The translations under genes were made by a program, and so were the position numbers. The notes under the pieces were generated by a model. It did not search any database, was not told the origin of the DNA, and saw nothing but the letters and a program-made list of their open reading frames with translations. A stretch of DNA of 64,000 nucleotides. Source: the human T2T-CHM13v2.0 reference genome, Homo sapiens. Each line of letters opens with the position of its first letter. The first letter of the stretch is position 1. The DNA lies in the NCBI RefSeq assembly GCF_009914755.1, contig NC_060932.1; one strand, given 5' to 3'. Shown here one piece after another: positions 1 through 18,900 of this stretch.

Positions 1-219
1 TTTGCTTAAGGACTATGGGCAAGCATTACTGGAAATAACAAAGCAACAAACTTAATCTAAATATGTATTGATACAAATCTGTTCATTGTATTAGGTCTAG
101 CCATGCAATAAAGTTCTTGAAAGAAATGAGATAGCTATTTTTGGTGCCGAAAAAGACTTCAGAAAACCTCTGAAGTGAAAAAACAAAGCCGAAGTAATTA
201 TCACTGGCAGAGGAATAGA

Positions 220-426
220 CAGAGATTTCTCAACAGTGGCAGTATTGACATTTTGGACAGGATAATTCTTTGTTTGCGGATGGGAGCTCTCCTGTGCACT
301 GTAAGATTTTTAGCAGCATCACTATCCCCTGCCCATTAGATGCCAGTAGCACCTTGCACCCCCACACCCCAGTGTGACAGCCAAAACTATCCCTGGATAT
401 TGCCAAATCATGGTTGAGAACCATTG
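220..426. mobile_element. MER20-like hAT-Charlie DNA transposon fossil
   Basis: Ends cagagatttctcaac ... gttgagaaccattg; internal attagatgccagtagcacc motif recalled from MER20. Confidence 0.75.
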
Positions 427-643
427 GGATAGACAAATAGATTAGTACTTAGCCTTATTTATAATTACATAGCCCAGAAACAGACACCAATGTATATATA
501 GAAATAATGTGTTTCAGAGATAGAATTGAAGTACATTGAGGTAAATATGGACTGTTGAATTAATGATCATTTTGTTACACCTTTGGAAATAAATTATACT
601 AGATGTCTACCTTATGTCAATATATAGACAGTCACTTCTAGGT

Positions 644-861
644 TGAGCAGTGTAGTGAGACCCTGTCTCTGCAAAAATAAATATTTAAAATAATAGCCAT
701 ACTTGGTGGTGGGTGCCTGTAGTCCTATCTTACTCAGGAGGCTGGGGTGAGAAGATCGCTTGGGCCTAGGAGTTCAAGGCTGCAAGTGAGCTATGATTGC
801 ATAACTGCACTCCAGCCTGGCTGGGTGACAGAGCAAGACCCTGTCTCTTAAAAAAAAAAAA
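644..861 (+). mobile_element. Old Alu (AluJ/FRAM-like), 5'-truncated; a second Alu 3' fragment at 1064-1135
   Basis: Alu right-arm sequence with A tail. Confidence 0.8.
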
Positions 862-1164
862 TAGTCATTTCTAAGTGTATTCTTACCTAGATGTATATGT
901 AAATATGAAATGCAGAACTTTAAATTTTTAGAAAAAAATATGGAATATTTTATTTTTCCAATCTTAGATTAAGGAAGAAATCCTTAAAAATATATAAAAG
1001 CAAATACATAATGAAGATTGATAAACCGAATGATATTGAGGTTAAAAACCTATGTTAATCAAAAGATCGCACCACTGCACTCCAGCCTGGGCAACAGAGC
1101 GAGACTCCATCACTAAAAAAAAAAAAAAAAAAAAAGGAAGTCAAATCTTGGGTAAGGGGGAACT

Positions 1165-1645
1165 ACTGTACTTACATTTACCCATTTATTATAAAGGCAA
1201 TTACAAAGGACACAGATGAATTAACCCGATGGAAGGAGATGTACAAGGTGAGACAAAGAAGGAGAGAAGAGGAGAAGGGGCGTGGAGCTTCAGTGTTCAG
1301 CTATCTGAGAGCTCACAGAACTCAGTCCTTTTGGGCTTCTATGGAAGTTCATTAAATAGGCAAGATTGATTAGATCACTAGTCATTGGTTTATGGACTCA
1401 AGTTTCAGCTTCTTTCTTCCCAGAAGTGGCGGCTGGGGGTAGGAATCAAAGTTATAACCCTTAATCACTGGGCTGATTCCCCTGGCTACCTAGCCCCCAT
1501 CCTGAAGCTATCTAGGGGCCCCCAGGCACCAGTCATCTGATTATTGTACAAAACAGTCATCACTCCAGAGATTCCAAGGATTTTAGAAGCTATGTCAGAA
1601 AATGGGACAAAGACCAAATATTAATATTTTTTTTATGATATCACA
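1165..1645. mobile_element. MER21-family LTR fragment
   Basis: Shares blocks with 55920-56313 (ccccatcctgaagctatctagg, ggagattccaagg..ttaggag); ends in ...atcaca. Confidence 0.6.
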
Positions 1646-3352
1646 GATGGGAAAGACAAACTAGAAAAACTTGCTTTAACTCTTCATTTAACACCTCTCT
1701 GTAGGGTTTGGCTTTTTAAAATCCATGTTCATATATTTTTGATAAAAGCATACTTATTATAAGTTTAGTTTAAAAGCAAAAGTTTAATTTTGTGTTAATA
1801 CTTAGAATACCAGGTTTTTTTTCAACCTAAAATGAGAATCCAATAGAAATGTTTTCTTTATAATTTATCAAGTATACCAACAGATTAACAACATTTCAAG
1901 ACACTTTGTTGTAAACTTCATTGCGGAAGGCTCCCTTGGGAGTAAGGTAGTAGTAACATTTATTTCTGTGCTTTTCCATATTTATTCTGTCAGGTATTGA
2001 AATGTTCTTCCACAGGTTGCTTTTTGTTTTAGAGGTATTTCGGGTACTTGGAGAATTGTAAATATTATGTTTTGTACCCTGATTTTTAGTCATAAGTTTC
2101 CAAAAGAGGGTAAGGGTATGAATAGACTTTACACATAAAAGAGTGAAACACTTTGTTATGTAACATGTATAGTAAGTTTTTATTTTTTCTTTTGTTTTTA
2201 TTTGCCTGTTTTTGGTAATCCAAATTGAAAAGGCCTGAACTCTTTCATGAGTTGAGTTCATATATAGTTTCAAAGTTCCTGAATTGATTTGGATACCTGC
2301 CTCTTTTTGGCTACCTTGAAAACTCTAGTGAACTCTCTTAATCACTGGAGAATTGGACTGAGATCTCTGAGTTGTGATTTCAGTAAATTCTGTTCTCAAA
2401 ATTTTTTATGAAGCAGCATTTATATACAGTCTTGATTACTTGTGCAAGTCACTTCCAAATCCTAATGAGAAACTGTCTCTGGACTTTTATATTTTCTTAG
2501 ACCTACAGTTTAAATACCAAGAAAGGCTTTCATGTCTAATGTAAAAATGCAGTGAAACTTTGATATTATTCTGCAAAGGCCATGAGAAAGATGATTACTT
2601 TGGAGACTTGTTACTTAGGATATTGGTTTTTAAAATGAGAGCAGATTCTTCCCAAATTCCATAGGTAGGAACGTGACTATAAAAGGAAAATCTATGAACC
2701 CCATATACCTACAAACTTTGGGTAGGAATTAAAACAAACATATACTATTCTTGAAATGTTAACTCACTATTACATCTTGGGGGGTGTGATTTTAATCAGG
2801 ATAGAGTATTGTCAGATTGTTACTTGCTGGGATACATCCAAATTTTGAGGTTGTAGTCTTACTACATTATTTGTCTATCTGATGCCTTCCCCTTTTTTTC
2901 TTTGATACATTTGCATAAAGCAAAATGGCACTTTTTCACTAGAAATGTTTCTAAAACCCAAATAATTTCTTCATTTGTGTGTAGTAAAAACAAGCTTCAG
3001 GAAAAAAGTTATTAGAATTTTAAAAATTAGTTATAAAATTATGGCAAAGCTCATGAATAGTTACTGAAGATTAATTTACTACTTTGTGAATAGCAAGTTG
3101 ACAAAAATAATTTACAGTTCCTGCTTGACTTTCTCCCCTCTAAGTGGCATAAAGTAGAACTAGAGTTATTTTGTTTTGGTTTTGACCCAACTTAGAAGAT
3201 TTGTTTTAAAGTTTCTGAAGTTTTGTCTCAGGAAAATAAGGTGGTTTTCCATGTAGAGAATGTAAGATTACATATGGCATCTGGTAGGCTGAATTAATTC
3301 CATTTTCTTGTTACCTTCCATGGAAGAAGTTTCTAATAAAAAAATCTTTTCA

Positions 3353-3696
<344 letters not shown>

Positions 3697-3789
3697 TTAA
3701 AAATATATATATTAAAAATATATATATATATTTAAATATATATATATTTAAAAATATATATATTAAAAATATATATATATTATTTAAAA

Positions 3790-4077
3790 ATATATATATT
3801 TAAAAATATATATATTAAAAATATATATATTTAAATATATATATTTTTAAATATGTATATTTAAATTATATAATTTAAATATATATTAATATACATATTT
3901 TAATATATATAATTTAATATATATCTTTATATATATTTAAAGATATATATTAAATTATATATATTAAAATATGTATATTAATATATATTTAAATTATATA
4001 ATTTAAATATACATATTTAAAAATATATATATTTAAATATATATATTTTTAATATATATATTTTTAAATATATATAT
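3790..4077. repeat. Palindromic AT-rich repeat (PATRR8): perfect 140-bp inverted arms with 8-nt spacer, within AT-only tract ~3631-4157
   Basis: Base-by-base check: position i pairs with 7867-i from 3790/4077 to 3929/3938, including the rare G/C bases (g3855:c4012, c3894:g3973, c3925:g3942). Confidence 0.95.
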
Positions 4078-4448
4078 ATTTATATATATATTTTTATATA
4101 TATATATTTATATATATATTTTTAAATATATATATATATTTATATATATATTTAAAAGAGCCTGTTCTGAGCTCACAACTCTTTGGGGGATTATTAGTGG
4201 CCCATTTTCTTGGGGAATCAGGTGGTTTGTATTTAGAGGTTTATATGTCTTCTACTTTATTGTGTCCTTTTGTTTTCCTTTTCACAGATGACTTGACATT
4301 TTGGCACAGAATACATTTTAAATCCCTGGACAGAGTCATCACTTAAATGAACTAGCCCTTGCTTATATGTGCAGTGGATTGTGAAATGCGTCTACTGTAA
4401 TAATATGCAATGTCTTGATTACCTGCTGAAATAAGGTGGATAGATGGA

Positions 4449-4757
4449 TTTTTATTTTATTTAATATTTATTTATTTATGTATTTTGAGACAGGGTCTCA
4501 CTGTCACCCAGGCTGGCATGCAGTGGTGCGATCTCAGCTAACTGCAATGCCTCCCGGGTTCAAGCGATTCTCCCACCTCAACCCCCTGAGTAGCTGGGAG
4601 TACAGGCACGTGCTACCACCCTGGCATATTTTTATATTTTTGGTAGAGACAGGGTTTCACCATGTTGACATGGTCTTGAACTCCTGGCCTCAAGTGATCC
4701 ACCCGCCTCAGCCTCCCAAAGTGCTGGGATTACCATTGTGAGCCACCACACCCAGCC
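4449..4757 (-). mobile_element. Alu, antisense
   Basis: Dimeric Alu, TSD-like agatggattttt on both sides. Confidence 0.9.
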
Positions 4758-6110
4758 AAGATGGATTTTTAATTTGGAGTTTGTCACTTTTTCTGTACTC
4801 CAGGGTATGGTTTCTCATTGTCTGAAACATAGATTTTATTTTTCAAGCAGGCTATATTTTGTGGTTGCCTTTAAAAACATCCAGATGTGACAGACATTTC
4901 CTAATGAATACTAATTGTACTTATTTTGTACAAAATATTGTAGAATCCATAGATGGACAGGGTAGGATCTTTGCTTTCTGTTATAGATACATGTGTAATA
5001 GGGTAGATTATACTTAGATAACTGCAGACTACAATATCAGGTGATATATGAGTGTTAAATGTTTCACTAAGTTCTGCAGGTATGCTGAAAGAACAGTTTC
5101 TATCAAAGAAAGTAGGTTTCTAGGATAGGTAGGATTTGAATAGTCAGGGATTGGGAGGTTGGGGACATCATTCCAAGCAAAAAGAATGTAAACACTGCTG
5201 TAGCTATAGTGGAGAAAGGAATGTGTTTGGGGAATCCAAGTCTGGAGCACTGATGTGTGTGTGTTAGGAGGAATATTACTGTAAAGCAAATTGGGTTCTT
5301 GAATGCCAGGAGCAAGAATGTAGATTTTAGTTGATAGTAATTTCAGAGCCGCTGAAGTATTTTGAGCAGGGAATGAAGAAAGGCAATTTGGTGATGGCTT
5401 GTAAATGGATTTGGACAAGATGAGGGTTTTTTGAGACAGACTGATTGATTGGTGTCACAGAAAAGGGAGATAGAGGTGTTAGAAGAATTTGGCAACTAAT
5501 TGGCAAAGTTTGAGCATGTGGGGCTGGGTTGGGAGTATCTCTAAAAGAACAATAATGGTACCTTCAACTGAAATAGCAAATCACAAGGAAAAGCTGATTC
5601 TAGTTTAAGGCAAGTCGAGTTTCAGAACTTTGGAGATTTGCAGTTGTAGGAGTGAAAGTAGGTGAGTATTCAGATGTCATTCCCATTGTTGAAACCTTGG
5701 ATAATAATGTGTTTATTGTAATCCTACTTAAAATATGCATTTCTGTCAGAGTACAAAGAAAGATGGTGTCTATGGAGTGGGGGAAGGAGAATTACCATTT
5801 TCTAAAAACATGTCTTGGTTTTCTGAGTGTTACTTTTGTAATGTGAAGAACAATAAAAAGAGTTGACTATTTTAAGAAACAGATTCAGCATTATACAGGA
5901 AAAAGGGAACTTGGAAGATGTTTCTAAGTCCGAAGGAAACTAGGAGGAAAAAAAATGGAATTTTGGACCCTTTGGAGAATGCTCAGAGTTAAGGAGTAGG
6001 AAATAAGAGCTGGCATGAGTTCACAGTTTGAAGAAAAGGAGGAATTAAGTGGAAGTATAAAACTTGAACTTGATTTCCTAAAGAATCCTTTAAAAAAAAA
6101 TCTAAAACTT

Positions 6111-6411
<301 letters not shown>

Positions 6412-6858
6412 AATCTAAAACTTAATAGGAATAAATGTTTTCCATTTGGGTTATTTTTAACCCAATTTTTAAAATTAATTTTAATGATTATGAAATGATA
6501 AAAGACATATTCTTTTGAGTTTTAAAACTTGTTAAAATGTATGTACCACTACAAATTCATCTTGAAAATAATTTAGTAATTTGGTGCCTTGGACAGCTAC
6601 AGTGTTACTTGAAATACTTTGGAAATTAGAAAGTAAGGAATGAAATTTTAAAGAATAATTTAGTATGTTTGGTCTGTTCTCCTGAACTCTGACTTTACAA
6701 AACCTTTATTACCCTTTAAGCCTTAGTTGTCTTGAGGCTTAATGTTCATAACTGAAAATATTCATATTTCCTAATTAAAGGAAGAATATCATAACTCTTA
6801 GTGGGGAAACATTCTTACAAATACTTCATTCAAATGACTTTTTCTTTCTTTCTTTTAG

Positions 6859-8672
6859 GTGTATTTGCATCCAGTATTGTTCTGATCTTGTCACAACGAT
6901 CACTTTTCAAGTTTTACACGTACAGCTCAGCCTTTCTGTTAGCTGCAACTTCAGTGTTGGTGAATTATTATGCTTCTTTGCACATTGACTTCTATGGTGC
7001 CTACAACACGTCAGCTTTTGGAATTGAGCTGCTTCCTCGAAAAGGTCCCTCGCTGTGGATGGCACTTATCGTTCTACAGCTAACATTTGGAATTGGATAC
7101 GTTACACTACTCCAGATTCATTCCATCTATTCACAATTAATTATTTTGGATCTCTTGGTTCCTGTAATAGGCTTAATCACAGAGCTACCATTACACATCA
7201 GAGAGACTTTACTGTTTACTTCTTCCTTGATTCTCACATTAAATACAGTGTTTGTCCTGGCAGTGAAACTGAAGTGGTTTTATTATTCCACACGATATGT
7301 TTATCTTTTGGTGAGGCACATGTATCGAATTTATGGATTACAGTTATTGATGGAGGACACATGGAAGAGGATTCGTTTCCCAGACATACTACGAGTCTTT
7401 TGGCTAACAAGAGTTACAGCTCAGGCTACAGTGTTAATGTACATCTTAAGGATGGCAAATGAAACTGATTCCTTCTTTATTTCTTGGGATGATTTTTGGG
7501 ACCTCATTTGCAATCTTATAATTAGTGGGTGCGATTCTACACTAACTGTACTGGGCATGAGTGCTGTAATTTCCTCAGTAGCCCATTATTTGGGGCTTGG
7601 AATATTGGCCTTTATTGGATCAACTGAGGAAGATGACAGGCGTCTTGGCTTTGTTGCACCTGTTTTATTTTTTATTTTGGCTCTTCAGACTGGGTTAAGT
7701 GGGCTAAGACCAGAAGAGAGACTTATTCGCTTAAGTAGAAACATGTGCCTTTTATTAACTGCAGTCCTGCATTTTATCCATGGAATGACAGACCCTGTAT
7801 TAATGTCTCTCAGTGCCTCTCATGTGTCATCTTTTCGTAGACATTTTCCTGTGCTGTTTGTCTCTGCTTGCCTGTTTATTCTTCCTGTCTTACTCAGTTA
7901 TGTTCTTTGGCATCACTATGCACTAAATACATGGTTGTTTGCAGTTACAGCATTTTGTGTGGAACTGTGCTTAAAAGTAATTGTTTCTCTCACTGTTTAT
8001 ACGTTATTCATGATTGATGGCTACTATAATGTCCTCTGGGAAAAGCTTGACGATTATGTCTACTACGTTCGTTCAACAGGCAGTATTATTGAATTTATAT
8101 TTGGAGTTGTAATGTTTGGAAATGGGGCTTACACTATGATGTTTGAGTCGGGAAGTAAAATTCGGGCTTTTATGATGTGCCTACATGCATATTTTAACAT
8201 CTACTTACAAGCCAAAAATGGCTGGAAGACATTTATGAATCGTAGGACTGCTGTGAAGAAAATTAATTCACTTCCTGAAATAAAAGGGAGCCGCTTACAA
8301 GAAATAAATGATGTATGTGCAATCTGCTATCATGAGTTTACAACATCTGCTCGTATTACACCGTGTAATCATTATTTCCATGCACTTTGCCTTCGGAAAT
8401 GGCTGTACATTCAAGATACTTGTCCAATGTGCCATCAGAAAGTATACATCGAAGATGATATCAAGGATAATTCAAATGTATCTAACAACAATGGATTTAT
8501 TCCACCCAATGAAACTCCAGAGGAAGCTGTAAGAGAAGCTGCTGCTGAATCTGACAGGGAATTGAACGAAGATGACAGTACAGATTGTGATGATGATGTT
8601 CAAAGAGAAAGAAATGGAGTGATTCAGCACACAGGCGCAGCAGCTGAAGAATTTAATGATGATACTGACTGA
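6859..8672 (+). CDS. RNF139: RNF139/TRC8 coding exon 2: multi-pass ER membrane RING-H2 E3 ubiquitin ligase (sterol-sensing-like TM region, RING-H2, acidic tail)
   Basis: Polypyrimidine tract + AG at 6857-6858, phase-1 entry (G|GT Gly), TGA at 8670-8672. Many hydrophobic segments, RING-H2 CAIC...CNHYFH..C...CPMC at 8316-8432, C-terminus EEFNDDTD. The ORF-track N-terminus 6801-6858 is intronic; exon 1 is upstream of the window. Confidence 0.97.
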
Positions 8673-8880
8673 TGAAAATAGCATTTATTAATGATTGAGG
8701 TATTTGTTTAAAATTCAGTTCATCCAAAATGGAGTAATATCCTTCACCTTCAGTGTGTAACCAAGCACAAAAACAGTATCAATGTTGAATCTGTGAATGG
8801 TTTTCCGTTTACTGTGATGTGCTACTGTAAATATACCTCTTTAATTACTTCTGGTCTCTTTGGTGACCTGTTTAAATTTG

Positions 8881-8905
8881 TGTACATTATTGTACATAGA
8901 ATAAA
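8881..8905 (+). terminator. RNF139 candidate polyadenylation signal (AATAAA 8900-8905 preceded by two TGTA elements); further AATAAA at 9095-9100 and 9259-9264
   Basis: tgtacattattgtacatagAATAAA in the 3' UTR; UGUA upstream elements are CFIm binding motifs. Confidence 0.6.
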
Positions 8906-9549
8906 ATGTTTTCACATTTTTATGACAAAATTTGAACAAATAGCTTTTTAATAGATGTAATGATCATATGGTGCGTCACCTGTGCCAAATATTCTTCAAT
9001 GAAATTATATAATGTAACTTTGGACCTCAGTTTTTCTTTAGAAATGGGTGGGAGAATGAAAATGCAAATCAGGAAACCACATTAAAGTCAAGGAAATAAA
9101 ATAATTTGACCAGAGGATAAAGGACATGAGAGAGTATTTTAAAACTAAAGAAAAAATTAGCTGCCAGAAGCAACTGAGGACCTTTTTTGAAACTTGAGTA
9201 GCAGTGTAATTGAGCTGAGTTTGAAAGTCCTGATTCAGAGAGAGACTGAGGGTTGACAAATAAACTGTATCAACTAAACTTTGATATAAACCAGAATGTG
9301 CTAAATGTTTTTTATGTAAAATTGTATATTTGTTAGCCATTCTGTGTCTGCAGTATTGTCATAAAATTGTCCTTTCATTCTTTTGAAGATATTACAAAAC
9401 AAAAATAGTTTTTTTTAAATTGTTTTAAACTAAGATACTCAATGATATAAAAACATCCTGATCTGATTTTACGAGAAAAAGAAGGGGAATGGTGGGGAAT
9501 GGTGTGTACCGATATATAGTATTTCTTTAGACAACTTGCAGATAATTTC

Positions 9550-9555
9550 TTTATT
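9550..9555 (-). terminator. TATDN1 polyadenylation signal AATAAA
   Basis: tttatt on + strand, about 70 nt past the TATDN1 stop codon. Confidence 0.75.
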
Positions 9556-9621
9556 GAAACTATCAGGAAGTTTTACTATGAAATTTTACATACATGATGG
9601 AAAGTGGAAGACATATACCAA

Positions 9622-9724
9622 TTATATTCCAGGAAAAAATACTTTAATAGTATTGTTATATAGTGTATTGGCTAATTCCAGTGGATCCTCATCTCTCACT
9701 GCTGACATTATCTCCAATATTTGA
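9622..9724 (-). CDS. TATDN1: TATDN1 coding exon 12 ([33 protein letters not shown])
   Basis: AG acceptor at 9726-9725; TAA at 9624-9622. Confidence 0.95.
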
Positions 9725-10360
9725 CTAAAACAAAACAAAAACAAAAATGGTTAAATCTCCAAGTATACATTTAGTTCTAAAGCTATATAATATTTTTCCA
9801 CACAAAGGAAAATATTGGCACACCTTTAATATAATAAAGCTTAACAGTTATTAAGTTTTTCAGCAATATCAATAGAAAAACTTACTGCCAGTAACTGGAA
9901 ACAGATTTATGGACTGTCTTGCATATAACTAGAGCTAAGAACCAGGTTCAAGTAAATTATTAAAGCAGCCATCTGTATTATGTTCACCAATTATAGCATT
10001 AACTGAGTGGAAATGAAGAGTCCTTTTCAATTGTGAGTCATAGCATGTTCATTAGTGGGTCATGATGAGCATTTTAAACATTGACAAGTACATTGTACTC
10101 AATAAGGGTAAGTACTGTTCCATTTTTTGTTAGGTTTTATTATGTATGTGTGTCCTAAGTCACAACGTAATTTGTACTGTGGGACAGCAGCCACAGTTGG
10201 AAATCTACTGCTAGAGAACTAGTCCTTGAGAGACAGCAAATGAAGGTATTAGGTTGCTGCAAAAGTAATATTTACTTGGAAAAATGTGTGGTTATTGAGG
10301 GCGAGGGCTTTCTGTACCTCTACCCTTGCGAGAGAAATAAGCCCAGGTGTCCATCCTTCA

Positions 10361-10742
<382 letters not shown>

Positions 10743-11190
10743 GCATCTTTCAGTTTCTGTGCTTACAGTAATGATGATCCGTAGTGTCTCCATACTTATT
10801 ATATATAAGTGGAAGATTTTTAATACATGAATTAGAAAGTTCCAAAGTCCAAATTGAACATTTAAATATTCTTTGCCTAAGCTTTTTGTTCCCTTAGTAT
10901 CTTAAATGTTAACACCTAAAGGAATTAAGGATGGAGATCTAAGATTAATGGGAATTTAAAAAATTGTTTTGTAATGTGACACAAAAGCCTTGCTTGATGT
11001 TTATACTAAGCAAACACTACACTAAAATTTTATCTGACAGTCAAGATACACTAAAAGCAAATCTATTAACATTTAAATTAAGACAGTGAAAATCCATTTT
11101 TCTTAGGAAACTACTGAATGTCCCTCTGTATGCACTTCTCAGAATTGGAACTCTTGATTAATGCTGCTGATGACACAGTTTTGAAGGTCA

Positions 11191-13983
<2,793 letters not shown>

Positions 13984-14861
13984 GCTTCAGTTTTAAAGAC
14001 TTTGTCAGCTCAAGCATGTTAATAAAGGAAAAGAACCTTTCAAACATATTTTTATAGAATAATTCTTCACTGTTCTTATCTGGCTTATCTTCTAATACTC
14101 TTTTCCTGTTAAAAACTACTGAAAAAAAAGATGGTGCATATGCAATGAATAGTCTTAAAAGCAACAACCTATTTTGTTTTCTTTTTTACCCCTCATGAAG
14201 ACACAGTACCAATTAGTTTTTGTGAATGTGTTATAAGTATGCCCAATTGTCTGAATTGGTAAATCATATAAGACTGATATAATCTAGATTAATTTAAATT
14301 ATCTGTTTGTGCAAACAAAAGAAATTGGATTATGTACCCATTAAAATGATATAACCACCTTCTCCTGTTTGTTACCTTTACAGCTCTTTGACAGATGGGT
14401 AATAGCCCCTCTTTTCACTTGTGCTATATATATATCACCATTTAAAAGATGATTCTGATCTGCTGCTTTTTTAGGAAATAAAACGTGCTAAAGTCCCACC
14501 CCCTTTGATTGGAAAAAGGGGGTAGGAAAAAAGGGGTTTGTCCTTAAGATCACTTATCCTTTTGTTCTGAGGCTTAAAGAAATGTGTTATTTCTTAGATT
14601 TATAGAGGCTGTCAAATCATTTAAATCCAAAATATTCTGCTAAGGCTTTCTTGTTACCAAAGAGTAGCAGGAAGCTGCAGTGAGAATGGAACTTAAACCA
14701 GGTATGCAAATTCCTCCAAATCACTGCATTAATATGGTGGTCTTGAACCTGAACTTCACTTGGATTTTGCAAAATTTTAATTCTGTCCCTTGCGTTAATT
14801 TTATAAGTGGCATCTGGTGGTTAACTAATGATTTTGAAGACCATGAAAGCAAAATACTCAC

Positions 14862-14988
14862 ATTATATGGCAGGGTTCATTTCTGTCTTTTAAGCAGTGC
14901 CCACTTTCCCACTTCTTTTTGGTAGGAAATGCAGTTCTTATATATTTTGATCCAGCATGTGTACTTTTGACTCCACACCAAGGTGCAT
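14862..14988 (-). CDS. TATDN1: TATDN1 coding exon 11 ([16 protein letters not shown]...RNEPCHI)
   Basis: AG acceptor and GTGAG donor; 127 nt; completes the ETDAP motif and carries RNEP. Confidence 0.95.
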
Positions 14989-15581
14989 CTAGTTAAGCAA
15001 AGAAAGTGTCTCGTAAGGGGTTTACATTTTTAAAAATTTTTTATGACCATTATCTAATATATAACCTCTAAATGATAAACCGTGATTCAGCTTCCAAAAT
15101 GGCACAGTTATTTCAACAGAAAACAGTTCTAAGAAAAGCACAAGATAAAATCTTGAATTGCATCTTAAATACCTTCTAAGACTCACTTCTATTCCTTTTT
15201 TCTGCTAACATTGTTGGTGTGCAGCATGCTTTAAAAAAAAGACCTAAACCTTAAATACAATTGTATAACAACATGAAAACATTTAAGTTAAACAGTTTTT
15301 TTTTCAGTTTTCAAAATCTTTTTCGCTATGCATGTAGTGAGGTTTGCATAAGTTAAACAAATTTCTATCTCTACTGAATGTGAAACTGGTTTTGAATATT
15401 TTTTAATAAAGAATTACACATTTTGCAAACATCGTACTTTTAATCAAATATTTTGTTTTCCTGACTGCCCAAGGAAATGAATGTGATTTCTCCAGAATGG
15501 CTCAGTCTTGACTTTCCTAAAGTCCATGGTATAAGGAGAGCCTTGACAGGGTTTAGATAAAAGTTTTAGCTTTTCACCTTA

Positions 15582-16049
<468 letters not shown>

Positions 16050-16499
16050 TCACCTTGTTTTAAGAGGCAACGGATTCTAAAATTCTTATACTAAACCAAT
16101 ATAAATTGTTGCACTGTACAAAGTGCTGTAGAATTAAGCCATTATAAAGACACTGTGTAAACAAAATTCTGAACAGATTTTGAAACTTGGAAGTGTGATG
16201 TGCTTAGTCAAGACCCCTTGTTTAGCTAAGTACTCGTAACTACAACCTCCTGAGTTATATTCTGGCATCTCATTTTCTAAGTGCTTAGACATAGCAAACT
16301 TCTAAATTGAAAAAAATCATTTGCATATGTTTTTCCATTAATAACCCCCAAAGATCTTCTGGAAAACATAATTGTTGAGGTTGAGCATGCTGTTTTAAAA
16401 TACTTGTTCACTTAAAGTTTGAAGTCAAATTTCTTTCTCCAGCTTTCCTTTTTGTTTGGTATGGTTTAATATGAAACAAAGTTCTGAAAACAAACTTAC

Positions 16500-16570
16500 C
16501 TGTCTCAATCATTAATTTTTCACTAGGAATTGACTTCAAAACTTCCAAATTAGCTTCAGTTTTCAGTGAG
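16500..16570 (-). CDS. TATDN1: TATDN1 coding exon 10 (SLKTEANLEVLKSIPSEKLMIET)
   Basis: AG / GTAAG; 71 nt; visible inside ORF 16408..16608. Confidence 0.95.
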
Positions 16571-17224
16571 CTTAAAAAAAAGTGTATATTTATTTTAAAA
16601 GGCAGCAATTAACGAATACCTTTTTTCGTATCACAACTTGTCTAAAATGCTACAAAACCAACCCAAAACCCTATAACACTTTGTTTTCAGTATACTTTGG
16701 AAAGTATTTGCACACCTCCATACTTCAACAATCCAGATTAACATCTATTTTAACCCAATCTGCCTTCCGGGGATGCAATTTTCCATGCTTATTCGTTGGT
16801 TTCCAATAGCGTTCTATATCAGTCTAAGTAAAATTTAACTTTTTAAAAGAATTCATCTGCTTCTGAGTAATTTGCGTAACTTAGAGGTGCTTCTAAGGCT
16901 GTAAACGTTCATTTCCTGAATTTTCCATTTTTAGCCCAAGACAGATTCTTCACTCTACTTTAGCAGAATTATGTATCTGCACCCTTGCCATGGTTTCTTT
17001 GTAGGATGAACTCTATTCCTTGAATCTGGCGTTGGCCTCAAGACTTGCTATGGCTGCCTGTGGCAGCCTCTATCAGCCAAAACCCAGCTGACTCAAAGAT
17101 CCATGAATGCAAACATAAATGCTTCCTGTAATGTGGCAGTGAGGTTTGGGATGGTGTAGCATATAATGTGATGACAACTAATACTGTTCTTATATTACTT
17201 TAAAAACACAATTTCTCTAATCAC

Positions 17225-18900
<1,676 letters not shown>

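Noticed and set aside
6801-6858. N-terminal 19 aa of the 623-aa ORF
   Set aside because: Starts at GTG and runs through the polypyrimidine tract and acceptor; intronic read-through, not the real N-terminus.
7055-7462. 135-aa alternative-frame ORF inside RNF139
   Set aside because: GTG start, no recognisable motif, deep inside an internal coding exon; expected by chance in an off-frame.
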